This document shows, in pieces, positions 48,379-58,319 of a stretch of 64,000 bases of DNA. Under the pieces are notes generated by a model. It had not been told where the DNA came from, made no database searches, and saw only the letters and a program-made list of their open reading frames with translations. The first letter of the stretch is position 1. Each line of letters starts with the position of its first letter. The stretch is taken from NCBI GenBank assembly GCA_041687695.1, contig JAWLBL010000002.1:102761-166760 (forward strand), in the 5' to 3' direction. Position numbers and translations under genes: made by a program. Source of the DNA: Myxococcota bacterium (lineage in GTDB: Bacteria > Myxococcota_A > UBA9042 > PHBI01 > JAWLBL01).

Positions 48379-49857
48379 TCAGGCGGCGGGGCGGACGGGG
48401 GCGGGGCCGGTCTCGAGGAAGCGCTCGGGCAGCTGGACGCCGACCGTGGCCAGCGAGGGGGGCACGCGCTCGTCGGGGAAGATGTAGCGGCGGTAAAGGC
48501 GGTGGAAGTTCGCCTCGGCGCCCAGCTTCTGGAAGATGGCGTTGAGGCCGAAGGTGATGCGGTTGAAGAAGATGAGGTCGGGCGGCAGGTTCAGGCGCCG
48601 CAGGTTGGACGGGACCATGACGTCGCGCGCCGCGGCGGCCACGTAGTCGGGCGTGAAGGTGAAGACCTCGTCCTTGGCGAAGGGCGCCGCGTGGTAGGCG
48701 AAGAAGTCCCACATGAAGTCGGAGTCGTAGGGGCGGCCGGGCAGGACGATGCCCAGCTCGTGCACCGAGCGGTCGAAGGCCTGTCGGTCGCCCTGGGTGA
48801 TGGCGCGGTTCATGCGGTGCAGCGAGGCGATGAACGCGGGCTCGAAGTACTTGATGCAGCCGAAGTCCAGGAAGGTGATGCCGCCGTCCTCCTGGAACAG
48901 GTAGTTGCCCGGGTGCGGGTCGCCGTTGAAGACGTGGAAGCGATGCATCGAGTCGAAGATGAAGTCGTTGAGCACGAAGACGGCCATCTTCTTTTCGCGC
49001 TCGGTCGCCGCCTCGAGGAAGTCGTAGAAGCCCAGGCCGCGCACGAACTCCTGGCACAGCACCTTCTTGGTCGAGTGCTCGGGGTGGACGGCGGGGATGC
49101 GCACCAGCGGGTGGCCGGCCCAGAGCTTTCGGAAGAGCTGCTGGTTGGCCAGCTCGCGCCGGTAGTCGACCTCCTCGACCAGGCGCTCTTTGAGCTCGGC
49201 CACGATGGCGTTGGCGTCGGCGTTCTTGTGGACGCTGGTGATCATCGCGGCGATGCCGCCGGCGAACTTGAGGTCGTTCTCGATGGCGGTGTCGACGCCC
49301 GGGTACTGCACCTTGAGGACGACCTGCTCGCCCGTCAAAAGCCGCGCCCGGTGCACCTGGCCGATGGAGGCGGCAGCGAGCGGCTCCTCGTCCACCGACT
49401 TGAAGCGCCGCCCGAGATCCCCGCCCAGCTCGGCCTGTAGCACCTCGCGCACCACCGACCACGCCATGGGCGGCGCCTGCTGCTGCAGCCCCCGCAGCGC
49501 CTGCTGCGCCTGCTCGGGCATCGCGTCGCTCGCGAACGAGACGATCTGCCCGATCTTCATGAACACGCCCTTCATGTTGCCCATCAGGGCCGCGGCCTCG
49601 GCCGCCGTCTGGACGTGGAACTGCTCCTCGAGCTCGCGCCGCCGCTCGCGCGCCGCCACCAGCTGCCGCATCCGCAGCCACACCCGCCGCGCCAGCGAGC
49701 GCCCCACCAGCCCACCGACCCGCGCGCTCCGCGCGGTCATGCCCGTGGTGATCCCCGCCGCGCTGCGCCGCCCCAGCCAGACGACCAGCAGGACCAGCGC
49801 GAGCGCGACGGAGAGCAGAATGATGAGCGTAGTCGTGTTCATGGGCTCGGGCGCCAT
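48379..49857 (-). CDS. AarF/ABC1/UbiB family atypical kinase
   Basis: MKIGQ, AAASIGQVHRA, KVQYPG, DPHPGN and LDFG motifs. Confidence 0.93.
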   Translation of the reverse strand: MAPEPMNTTTLIILLSVALALVLLVVWLGRRSAAGITTGMTARSARVGGLVGRSLARRVWLRMRQLVAARERRRELEEQFHVQTAAEAAALMGNMKGVFMKIGQIVSFASDAMPEQAQQALRGLQQQAPPMAWSVVREVLQAELGGDLGRRFKSVDEEPLAAASIGQVHRARLLTGEQVVLKVQYPGVDTAIENDLKFAGGIAAMITSVHKNADANAIVAELKERLVEEVDYRRELANQQLFRKLWAGHPLVRIPAVHPEHSTKKVLCQEFVRGLGFYDFLEAATEREKKMAVFVLNDFIFDSMHRFHVFNGDPHPGNYLFQEDGGITFLDFGCIKYFEPAFIASLHRMNRAITQGDRQAFDRSVHELGIVLPGRPYDSDFMWDFFAYHAAPFAKDEVFTFTPDYVAAAARDVMVPSNLRRLNLPPDLIFFNRITFGLNAIFQKLGAEANFHRLYRRYIFPDERVPPSLATVGVQLPERFLETGPAPVRPAA

Positions 49858-49869
49858 AGGCGCCGAACC

Positions 49870-52800
49870 TCAGCGGGCCGGCGCGTCGTCGTAGGAGAGG
49901 TAGCGGAAGCCCGCACCCGACTGGCGCGGGTCGGGATACCAACGGCCCGGGTTTTGCCTGAACCCGGCGAAGCCGTCGAGGTCTTCCCAGTCCAGCAGCT
50001 CGGCGCTGGCTCCACCCGTCATCCAACTGGCCATCTCGGGGCCGTAGTTGGCCAGGGGCCCGGGCAGCTCGGGCATGATGGCCTGCCCCGCCGTGCCTTC
50101 GGCGGGCGAAACGGCGCGCCAGCGCACCCAGAGCCAACCCGACTCGTCGCCGGGATCGACCTCCCACTCGGCCCCCAGGAGCATGCCGTCGGCCTGCAAA
50201 CCAGCCTCGGCTTGCCAGGACGCCACGAAGCGGCCGGCGGTCTCGTCGTAGACGAACTCGGCGGAGTCGGGGCCGTTCGGAAGCTCCTGCCAGTCGAGGT
50301 CCACCCCGTTGGTGCCCTCCGGGATCGCCTTCCAAAGCTGCACCTGGCCCGCGAAGGTCCAGGCCTGCAGATAGGCGAGCGCCTGTGAGCCGGGCACGAG
50401 CGGGTACTCGAACTTGCTGGTGCTCGGCTCATCGGTCCAGCCGCTGTAGTCGTCATCGATGGACTGCACCCATGGGCCGACGCGGATGGCCAGGCCCCAC
50501 TCGAGGTACTCCCCGGAGGGCGCATTGACGGGCGTGACTGCAAGGGGCTTGGACTCACCGGCGGTCCACGGCGGCAAGCTCACGTTCGTGACATCGTCCG
50601 GCTTCAACACGACGTCGCCCAGGAAGGACCAGGCCATGCCCTCGTCCGCGCCCGTCAGCGGCTCGACGAGATTGACGAGCGCCAGGAGGTTCACCGTCCC
50701 GTCCAGCGACATGTTCCACGGACCCGCCCAGAAGCCCGCGGGTTCGGCTGCATTGCTGTAGGTGTTCATGTAAGTGCCGCCGCTGCCGAGGCGGTACGTG
50801 CCCTGGGAAGGAGTGTTCGGCAGCGGCGCGGGCCATTGGGCCTCGCCATACAGTTCCGACTCTCCGAAATACCCAGGCTCGACCGCGAAGGTGTAGCTCT
50901 CGTCCGGCGCCACTTGCCGCACCGTCGTGAGGCGGAGTTCTTGACCTTCCCCCTGGATGAATTGGGCATAGGTGACCATACCGCCCGGGACGACGAGGAC
51001 CTTGGCGTCGCCAGCGTCGCCGGTCTCGACGGCCTGGCCCAGGCTGCCGTCGGGGAAGCTGCTGAACACGGGCGTGCCCGCCTGAGGCAGCCCCAGGCCC
51101 TCGATGGAGGTCACGACGTCGACGTAGCCGACGAGGGCGACCGAGTCGGTCGAGCAGGGGCCGGCGTTGCCGACGGCGTCGACGGCGGAGGCGTAGACGA
51201 CGGCCTCGGCGTCGTCGGGGACGCTGAGGACGACCGACCAGTAGTCCTCGGCGGAGGCGACCGTGGTGGTCAGCGGCTCGTCCGAGCAGTCGGGGGTCAG
51301 GTGCAGGCGGACCTGGGCGCCGGCCTCGAGCAGGCCGGAGACGGTGCCCGTGACGGTGCCGGGCTCCCAGGTGGGCTCGGTCAGCGTGAAGCCGGCCGGG
51401 GCGTCCGGCGCGGTGCTGTCGTTGACGTAGGTGGTCAGGGCCACGCAGTCGGACTCGTTGCCGACGGCATCACGGCTGAGGCCGTACAGGGCGGTCGCCT
51501 CGTCGGGGTCGACGGCGACCGTGACCTGGGCCGCGCCTTCGGCGTCGAAGGTCGCGGTGGCCAGCAGGCCCTCGCTGCAGCTCGGGGTGCCCCAGATCTC
51601 GACGATGGCGCCCGGCTCGCCCTCGACGGTCAGCGCCGGGGCGGTCGAGGTCGACGGCGACTCGGGCGAGGCGGACTCGAAGGTCGGCTCGATGGGGGCC
51701 GTGTCGTCGTGGGTGAAGGTCGTCAGCAGGACGCAGTCCGAGGTGAGGCCGGCGAGATCCGTCGCCTGGGCGTAGACGGTCAGCGTGCCGTTGAGGACGG
51801 CCCCGATCTCGACGGTGTAGACGCCCTCGTCGTCGGCCGCCGTGGTCGCCAGCTCCTCGGTGCAGGCGTCGTCGCTGAAGAAGGCGAGGTCCGTGCCCGC
51901 CTCGGCCGAGCCGGTCAGGGCGAAGACCTCGGCCGTCGCGGGCGACTCGGGCGAGACCTGCCCCAGCAGGGGGGCCGCCGGCGGGGCGTCGTCGTGCTGG
52001 TAGATCAGGGTCGAGGTGGAGCAGTCCGAGCGGAGGTCCGCCGGGTTGATGGCGATGGCCGAGAACGACGTCGCCGCGCCGGTCGCCACCGTCAGCGAGA
52101 TGGAGAAGGCGCCCTGGGCGTCCGCCTGCCCCACCGTCACGTCGTCACCCTGGCAGCCGGCGACCTGGAAGACGTGGATGGTCGCGTTGGCCTCGGCCGT
52201 GCCCTGGACGGCGATCTCGGTGGCCGCGCTGGGGCTGGCCGGGTCGGTGCCGGTCAGCACCGGCGGGGCGGGCTCGTCGCAGGCGTCGCCCGCGCCGTCC
52301 CCGTCCGCGTCGCCCTGCAGGGGGTTGGCCACGTCGGGGCAGTTGTCCTGCGCGTTGTCGACGTCGTCGCCGTCCCGGTCGGGGTCCACGCAGTCGGCCA
52401 CGCCGTCCTGGTCGGCGTCGGGGGCGCCCTCGTCGGTCTCGCCGTCGCAGTCGTTGTCCAGGCCGTCGCAGGTGGCCTCGTCGGACTCGTAGTCGGGCAC
52501 GTCGTCGAGGACGCAGCGCGCCTCCTCGCCGCCGCCGGGGCACGTCACGGCCGGCGCGTCGCCCGCGCACACGCCCACCCGCGGGCAGACCAGGTCGCGC
52601 ATCAGCTCGGGCGCGTCGCCGGGGGTGTCGTTGTTGGGGTCGAGCTGGTCGACGACGCAGTCCTCGTCCGCGTCGAGCAGCAGGCTCTCGAGCACGTCGG
52701 GGATGCCGTCGCCGTCGGTGTCGATCGGGGCGTTCGGGTCGTCGCCGACCTCTTGCGGGTCGGGGATGCCGTCGCCGTCGCTGTCGGCGGCGCGCGGATC

Positions 52801-53004
52801 GCTGCCGAGGAGCTTCTCGATGCCGTTGGCGAGGCCGTCGCCGTCGTCGTCGTCCTCGAGCGCGAGGCAGGTGCCCGAGCAGTAGCCGGACGCGCACTGG
52901 TCGTCCGAGCTGCAGCTGGCGCCGTTCTTGCGGCGGTCCTCGTCGCAGGCGGCGAACGCGAGCGCGAGGGCGATCGTGAGGGACACGAAGCGCAGGGTCT
53001 TCAT
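49870..53004 (-). CDS. Large surface lipoprotein with Ca-binding (thrombospondin type 3-like) repeats, CDGLDNDCDG motif and Ig-like repeats
   Basis: MKTLRF...FAAC lipobox; DxDxDG repeats, DNCPDVANPLQ.D.DGDG.GDAC; four ~100-aa G.AE...D..GN.S.C repeats. Confidence 0.88.
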   Translation of the reverse strand: MKTLRFVSLTIALALAFAACDEDRRKNGASCSSDDQCASGYCSGTCLALEDDDDGDGLANGIEKLLGSDPRAADSDGDGIPDPQEVGDDPNAPIDTDGDGIPDVLESLLLDADEDCVVDQLDPNNDTPGDAPELMRDLVCPRVGVCAGDAPAVTCPGGGEEARCVLDDVPDYESDEATCDGLDNDCDGETDEGAPDADQDGVADCVDPDRDGDDVDNAQDNCPDVANPLQGDADGDGAGDACDEPAPPVLTGTDPASPSAATEIAVQGTAEANATIHVFQVAGCQGDDVTVGQADAQGAFSISLTVATGAATSFSAIAINPADLRSDCSTSTLIYQHDDAPPAAPLLGQVSPESPATAEVFALTGSAEAGTDLAFFSDDACTEELATTAADDEGVYTVEIGAVLNGTLTVYAQATDLAGLTSDCVLLTTFTHDDTAPIEPTFESASPESPSTSTAPALTVEGEPGAIVEIWGTPSCSEGLLATATFDAEGAAQVTVAVDPDEATALYGLSRDAVGNESDCVALTTYVNDSTAPDAPAGFTLTEPTWEPGTVTGTVSGLLEAGAQVRLHLTPDCSDEPLTTTVASAEDYWSVVLSVPDDAEAVVYASAVDAVGNAGPCSTDSVALVGYVDVVTSIEGLGLPQAGTPVFSSFPDGSLGQAVETGDAGDAKVLVVPGGMVTYAQFIQGEGQELRLTTVRQVAPDESYTFAVEPGYFGESELYGEAQWPAPLPNTPSQGTYRLGSGGTYMNTYSNAAEPAGFWAGPWNMSLDGTVNLLALVNLVEPLTGADEGMAWSFLGDVVLKPDDVTNVSLPPWTAGESKPLAVTPVNAPSGEYLEWGLAIRVGPWVQSIDDDYSGWTDEPSTSKFEYPLVPGSQALAYLQAWTFAGQVQLWKAIPEGTNGVDLDWQELPNGPDSAEFVYDETAGRFVASWQAEAGLQADGMLLGAEWEVDPGDESGWLWVRWRAVSPAEGTAGQAIMPELPGPLANYGPEMASWMTGGASAELLDWEDLDGFAGFRQNPGRWYPDPRQSGAGFRYLSYDDAPAR

Positions 53005-53149
53005 CGGCGATTCTCCGGGGGATCGAGTCGGGGCGGGACGTATACCGGACCCGGGACGTCGATGCCAGTGGCCGGGGCGCGGCGGAGCGTCGGCGCAGCG
53101 AGCTGCGCCAGGCCGGAGCACGAGCGAGCTCGTGCAGTCCGGTCGCAGC

Positions 53150-53222
53150 GCCACGGCCACGCTCACGGCCACCTTCACGGCCACGGCCACGCTCACGGTC
53201 GCGGCCCCGGCCCCGGCCCCGG
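53150..53222. repeat. Intergenic hexamer microsatellite (GCCACG/GCCCCG)
   Basis: About 12 imperfect 6-bp units. Confidence 0.7.
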
Positions 53223-54452
53223 TCACCGCCCGAAGGCGACGCGGAGCTGCGCAGGGTCGGCGCCCGGCACGCGCGTGGCGAGCCAGTCCAGGTCGAGGTC
53301 CTCGCCCATGGCGCGGGCGCGGCGGGCCCAGGCGTCGGACAGGGCGCGCAGGCCCTCGGTGTTGGCGTCCGTGGTGCTGGCCTCGGCGCTCATGAAGGGC
53401 AGGCTGACGAAGGCGATGACCAGCACGCAGGCCAGACGGTAGTCCTCGGCGAGGGCCTCGCGCGTGTAGCCGGTGACGCCACCGGCCACCAGTCCGGCGT
53501 GGTAGCGGTCGAGCAGCGCGTCGGCGTGGGCGCGGCGGACCTCGGGCTCGAGGCTGAGGACGGCGAAGTAGGCGACGTCGAAGGCCGCCTTGCCCTTGCG
53601 CGCCGCCTGCCAGTCGATGAAGGCGAAGCGGCCCTCGGGCGCGCCGGGGAAGAGCATGTTGCCGACGCGCGCGTCGCCGTGGAGGACCGTGACGGGGGCC
53701 TCGCCGTCGTGGCGCCAGACGTGACGGAGGACCGGCGCCAGGGCCGCGCGCCGGTCCTTGGGGATGAGGGTCGCGAACCAGTCGATGACCGGCGGCGGGA
53801 CGGTGCTCAAGAAGGAGGCGCGCGGGTCGTCGCCGCCCCAGTAGGTCGCGTGCAGGGCGGCGAAGGCGTCCATGGCCTGCTCGGCCAGGGGAAGCGGGCA
53901 GCCGACGGCCTCGGAGACCTCCTGGGCGCCGTCCAGGCGCTCCATCAGGACGCAGAAGTTGCCGGAGCTCTTGTGGGCGGCGGCGAAGTAGGGGCGCGGG
54001 GCGGCGACGGCGGGGTCGTCGGCCAGGCGGGCGTAGACGCCGACCTCCTTGAGGTGGTTCTCCTGGGCGATGTAGACGGCGTGGTCGCGCAGGCTGGTCG
54101 CGCGCGGGGCGAACTTGGCCAGCAGCGCGGTGGCGCCCTGCTGGTCGCCCGAGCGCCACCGCACGTCGACGCGGGCGACGCGCGAGCGGAAGGCCTCGCC
54201 GCTCTTGAAGTCGTGCACGTCGCAGGCGACCAGGCGGGCGTCGGCGGGGACGGCGCCGGCGCGGCGGAGCGCGGCGAGGGCCCACTCGGGGTCGCGGCGC
54301 AGGGCCTCGGGGTCGCGCGGGAACGGCAGCCTGGGCTTGAGGGCGCGGTCGAGCCAGGCGACGACCATCAACAGGGCCAACGAGGCGCGGACGATGGCGC
54401 CGAAGACCAGGGTGCGGGCGCGCGAGGGGGGAGGCGGGGGGGCGACGGCCAT
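53223..54452 (-). CDS. APH/ecdysteroid-kinase-like phosphotransferase
   Basis: EVGVY, LMERL, LHGDARVGN and FIDWQ motifs. Confidence 0.85.
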   Translation of the reverse strand: MAVAPPPPPSRARTLVFGAIVRASLALLMVVAWLDRALKPRLPFPRDPEALRRDPEWALAALRRAGAVPADARLVACDVHDFKSGEAFRSRVARVDVRWRSGDQQGATALLAKFAPRATSLRDHAVYIAQENHLKEVGVYARLADDPAVAAPRPYFAAAHKSSGNFCVLMERLDGAQEVSEAVGCPLPLAEQAMDAFAALHATYWGGDDPRASFLSTVPPPVIDWFATLIPKDRRAALAPVLRHVWRHDGEAPVTVLHGDARVGNMLFPGAPEGRFAFIDWQAARKGKAAFDVAYFAVLSLEPEVRRAHADALLDRYHAGLVAGGVTGYTREALAEDYRLACVLVIAFVSLPFMSAEASTTDANTEGLRALSDAWARRARAMGEDLDLDWLATRVPGADPAQLRVAFGR

Positions 54453-54640
54453 GGAGGTGATGGTCCCACGGGGCGCGGCGGCCGTCGACGGCAATCGAGG
54501 GGATCCGGCGGCGAAGGTCGGCTTGGGCGCCATTTTCGGATTGTGTTCGCCATCGCGAACCCGTAGCTTCGCCGGCTTTCCACAGCACATGATCGAGGCC
54601 ACACGCCGGGCGGACGCCCGCGGGCCCGAGGGAGAGGACG

Positions 54641-56188
54641 ATGCGACGGCTGCAGGGGGCGGCGATCCACGGGATCGCGATGTTGGGACTGGTGGTGATG
54701 GGCTGCGACGACGCCGGCGGGGGCAGTGGCACGCCGGGGCCGACGCCGGACGCGTCGACCGAGGTCGACACGACGACCGGTGACGATGTGGCCGGCGACG
54801 ACACGACGACCGGCGACGACACGACGACCGGCGACACGACGACGCCGGACGCGACGACGCCCGACGCGACGACGCCCGACGCCGTCAGCGACGCGGTCGA
54901 GGACACCACGACCCCGCCGGACACCCAGGGGGCGGACACCACCACGCCCGACGCGACGCACGACGGGGGCGGCGACGCTGTGACCTTCCCCGAGGGCGTC
55001 AACTCGCCGTGCCAGACCTCGACCGCGCCGGGCTCGTCGAACGCGGCCATCACGGCTTGCACCTGCGGCGAGGACGCCTACTGCTGCACCAACGAGTGGG
55101 ACTCGTACTGCGTCGAGGAGGCCCAGGCCAGCTGCGGGCTCGTCTGCGACTGCACCGACGCCGCCGGCGTCGACTGCGCGGTGGACGCGGACTGCGGCTT
55201 CTGCACCGAGTCGGCCTGCGACGCGACCTACGCGTGCGTCGAGGGCAAGTGCCAGGTGTCGGCGCCCGGGCTGACCTGCGACGCCACGAACGACACCGAG
55301 TGCGCCAAGAACGTGTGCGTGCCCGAGCTGGACGCCTGCGAGATCGTGCCGAACGACGCGCTGTGCGCCGACGACGGTGACGTCTGCACGGCGAACATCT
55401 GCACGGCCGAGGGCACGTGCGGGGTCGAGCCGGTCGCGGAGTGCGGGACGACCCACCCGTGCACGCCGGCCGCCGGGCCGCTGACCAAGGACGCCGACGT
55501 GAACGCGTGCATCTGCGCGATCGACGACTATTGCTGCGAGACGGCCTACGACTCGATCTGCGTCGAGCAGGCGCAGGACGAGTGCGGCGTCGTCTGCGAC
55601 TGCACCCAGCTGACGGGCGAGGACATCGCCTGCGAGACCGATGCGGACTGCGCCTTCTGCGACGACGGCAACGCCTGCAACGGCGCGTGGGCCTGTGACA
55701 CCGAGGCGAGCACTTGCGTGCAGACCGAGGCGGTCGTGTGCGAGCCGCTCGAGGACAGCGAGTGCCTGGTCAACACCTGCAACCCCGCCTCCGGCGCCTG
55801 CGAGCCGGTCCCGACCCCGTCGGCCTGCGACGACGAGACGGCCTGCACCGTGGACGCCTGCGACGCCGAGACCGGCGCCTGCTCGCACACGCCGATCGAG
55901 GGCTGCGAGGGCGAGCCCACCTTCGAGTGCCTGGGCCCGAACCAGCCGTCGGCCGAGGGCTGCGTCCTGGACATGGCCACCGAGTTCGAGGGCTGCTGCG
56001 ACATGTTCGGCCGCGTGGTCTGGTGCGAGGACGGCTTCACCTTCTGCATCGACTGCATCAACATCAACCCGATGTGCGGCTGGTCGGGCGAGGGCTACTA
56101 CGACTGCGGCAGCGACGGCGCCGCCGAGCCCACGGGCGAGATCCCGAAGGCCTGCGTGCTGGCCGAGCCGGTGACGCCCGCCGAGTAG
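54641..56188 (+). CDS. Cysteine-rich repeat lipoprotein with D/T/P linker
   Basis: Lipobox VMGC; duplicated C.C..D.YCC...WD/YDS.CV.....C module; CDDGNAC-type repeats. Confidence 0.87.
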   Translation: MRRLQGAAIHGIAMLGLVVMGCDDAGGGSGTPGPTPDASTEVDTTTGDDVAGDDTTTGDDTTTGDTTTPDATTPDATTPDAVSDAVEDTTTPPDTQGADTTTPDATHDGGGDAVTFPEGVNSPCQTSTAPGSSNAAITACTCGEDAYCCTNEWDSYCVEEAQASCGLVCDCTDAAGVDCAVDADCGFCTESACDATYACVEGKCQVSAPGLTCDATNDTECAKNVCVPELDACEIVPNDALCADDGDVCTANICTAEGTCGVEPVAECGTTHPCTPAAGPLTKDADVNACICAIDDYCCETAYDSICVEQAQDECGVVCDCTQLTGEDIACETDADCAFCDDGNACNGAWACDTEASTCVQTEAVVCEPLEDSECLVNTCNPASGACEPVPTPSACDDETACTVDACDAETGACSHTPIEGCEGEPTFECLGPNQPSAEGCVLDMATEFEGCCDMFGRVVWCEDGFTFCIDCININPMCGWSGEGYYDCGSDGAAEPTGEIPKACVLAEPVTPAE

Positions 56189-56214
56189 GCGCGGCGCACG
56201 CCCAGGCGTGAACG

Positions 56215-56257
56215 AGGGCCGGCAGGGCGCGCGACGATGGCGCGGCCTGCCGGCCCT
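56215..56257. terminator. GC-rich hairpin between convergent genes
   Basis: AGGGCCGGCAGG...CCTGCCGGCCCT inverted repeat followed by TCGTGTTT. Confidence 0.7.
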
Positions 56258-56291
56258 TCGTGTTTGACGGCGGGACGGGGCGCGGCGCGGC

Positions 56292-56909
56292 TCAGGGCTT
56301 GCGGGCGATGAGGCGGACGACGTTCGCGGGGCCGCGGTGGCCCGGGCCTTCGTCGAGGACCACCTCGCAGGCCTCGAGGTGCTCGAGGTCGAAGCCGGCG
56401 AAGTCGGCGCGCAGGCGCTCCTCGGTGAAGAGCAGGTCGACGTCGCGGGGGCCGCCGCTGGTGCGGCCGAGGAGGCGCTGCTCGGGCGAGAAGGCCTCGA
56501 GCAGGACGACGCCGCCGGGGCGCAGGAGGTCGCGCGCGCGTTGGTGGATGGCCTCGCGCTCGCCGGGTGGCGCGTGCAGGTAGACCAGCACGACCCCGTC
56601 GAACGGCACCTCGGCGGTGAAGTCCTGGGCGCGGGCCTGCACGGCGTGGACGTGCACGCCGCGGGCGGTCGCGAGGCGATGGAGCTTGGTGAGGCCGACC
56701 GTCGACGGCTCGACGGCGGTGACGTCGAAGCCTTGCTCGGCGAGCCAGACGGCGTTGCGGCCCTCGCCCTCGCCCAGGCTGGCGACGCGCGCGCCCGGCG
56801 GGAAGGTCGCGCGGGCGCGCTCGGCGAGGAAGGCGTTGGGGACGGTGCCGTAGAAGTGCTCGTCGCCGGCGAACTTCTCGTCCCAGTTGGGGCCGGTGGG
56901 CTTGGTCAT
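56292..56909 (-). CDS. Class I SAM-dependent methyltransferase (TehB-like)
   Basis: YGTVPNAFL, GEGEGRNAVWLA and LRPGG motifs. Confidence 0.92.
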   Translation of the reverse strand: MTKPTGPNWDEKFAGDEHFYGTVPNAFLAERARATFPPGARVASLGEGEGRNAVWLAEQGFDVTAVEPSTVGLTKLHRLATARGVHVHAVQARAQDFTAEVPFDGVVLVYLHAPPGEREAIHQRARDLLRPGGVVLLEAFSPEQRLLGRTSGGPRDVDLLFTEERLRADFAGFDLEHLEACEVVLDEGPGHRGPANVVRLIARKP

Positions 56910-56937
56910 GGGGGATCTCCTGGGCGGGGTGCCGCGG

Positions 56938-58179
56938 TCAGAGGTCGGAGCCTTGGATGAAGCGCTTGAAGCGCAGGACCTGCTTGAACTCGGGGCGGAT
57001 GGCGATGGCGCGGTCGCAGTCGCGGATGGCCCCCGGGATGTTGCCGAGGTCGTACAGGGTCAGGGCGCGGGCGTAGAGCGTGTCGGGCCACATGGGGTCG
57101 AGCTCGAGCGAGCGGTCGAGGTCCCCCATGGCCTCGTCGAGGCGGCCGGCCATCCGGCGGGCGATGCCGCGGTTGGTGTAGGCGCGGGCCTGGTCGGGGG
57201 CCAGCTCGAGGGCGGCCGTGAAGTCCGCCGCGGCCTTGTCGTAGTCCGACAGGGCGATGTAGGCGAGGCCGCGGTGGTTGTAGACGGCGTAGGTGGGGCG
57301 GACGGCGAGCACGGACGAGTACAGGGCGACGGCTTCGGCGACGGCGCCGTCGACGTGGGCCTGCAGCGCCCGCACCAGCAGGCCGGACAGGTGGGCGTCG
57401 GGGGCGTCGGGGGCGAGGCGCGGCTCGGGGAGCGCGGCGGAGGTCGGCGTCGGGGTGGGGTGGGCCGGGCGGCGCGCCAGGGTCTCGGGGAGGGTCGAGA
57501 CCTTGTCCATGAGGTCCTGGTGGCGGCGCTGGAGATCGGCGAAGCGTTGGCGCTGGAAGTTGCGCAGCTCCTGGAAGATGGTGTCGGCGAGCGACAGCGT
57601 CGCGTTCAAGGCGAGCAGCTTGCGGCGGATGGTCTGGTCGATCATGTCGACGTCGGCCTTGTAGACCAGCTCGTGCTCGACCTCGGCCCACGCCTCCTGC
57701 AGGGTCGTCCGCAGCTGGACCTCGACGACGCGGAGCCCGACGCCGTGCGCGAGGCGCAGCTCGTCGGGGATCACCATCAGCAGGTGGGTCGAGCTGTAGC
57801 CGAACTCGCCCACCGACAGCAGCTGGCCCTTGTCGTCCGTCTCCTCGATGGCGAAGCGCTCGCGCAGCGCCGCCTCGACGCGCCCGACGTCCTCGAGGAA
57901 GGGCGCGACGACCCGCAGGCCCACCGTGTCGGTCAGGAAGGTGAAGGGGTCCTCGATCTCGGCGGTCCGGCTGCGCTCGAGCAGCTTGTGATACAGGCCC
58001 GGGAAGGTCTTGACGCGGCCCTTGACGGCGACGGGCAGCTGGCGCTCGGACAGCAGCGCGTCGATGTCCTGGACCAGCGCCTGCTGGACCGCGCGGAAGC
58101 CGGCCAGCTGCTCGTGGTAGGCCGCCTCCAGCGCCTCGCGTCGCTGCCACCAGCCGCCGCTCGGGTGCTCGCTGCTCAT
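56938..58179 (-). CDS. RelA/SpoT-type nucleotidyltransferase domain (small alarmone synthetase-like) fused to TPR repeats
   Basis: GRVK, D..GLRV, FGYSSTH and EVQLRT..Q.AWAEVEH...YK motifs; C-terminal YNHRG/YTNRG TPRs. Confidence 0.9.
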   Translation of the reverse strand: MSSEHPSGGWWQRREALEAAYHEQLAGFRAVQQALVQDIDALLSERQLPVAVKGRVKTFPGLYHKLLERSRTAEIEDPFTFLTDTVGLRVVAPFLEDVGRVEAALRERFAIEETDDKGQLLSVGEFGYSSTHLLMVIPDELRLAHGVGLRVVEVQLRTTLQEAWAEVEHELVYKADVDMIDQTIRRKLLALNATLSLADTIFQELRNFQRQRFADLQRRHQDLMDKVSTLPETLARRPAHPTPTPTSAALPEPRLAPDAPDAHLSGLLVRALQAHVDGAVAEAVALYSSVLAVRPTYAVYNHRGLAYIALSDYDKAAADFTAALELAPDQARAYTNRGIARRMAGRLDEAMGDLDRSLELDPMWPDTLYARALTLYDLGNIPGAIRDCDRAIAIRPEFKQVLRFKRFIQGSDL

Positions 58180-58319
58180 CGTCGACTCCCTGGCTCGTCG
58201 GATGGGTGGGGTGACGGTGACGGGTGCGCGCCCGGAGCGCAAGTGACGGCTCCGTGGCGCGTGGCGGGCCGCTCGCAGCTGGGTTAGGGTCGGGGCTCAC
58301 CGAGACCTGGGGGTGGGCG

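Noticed and set aside
49870..55062. 1730-aa single ORF
   Set aside because: Only 49870-53004 is credible (lipoprotein start with RBS); the upstream part overlaps two other genes.
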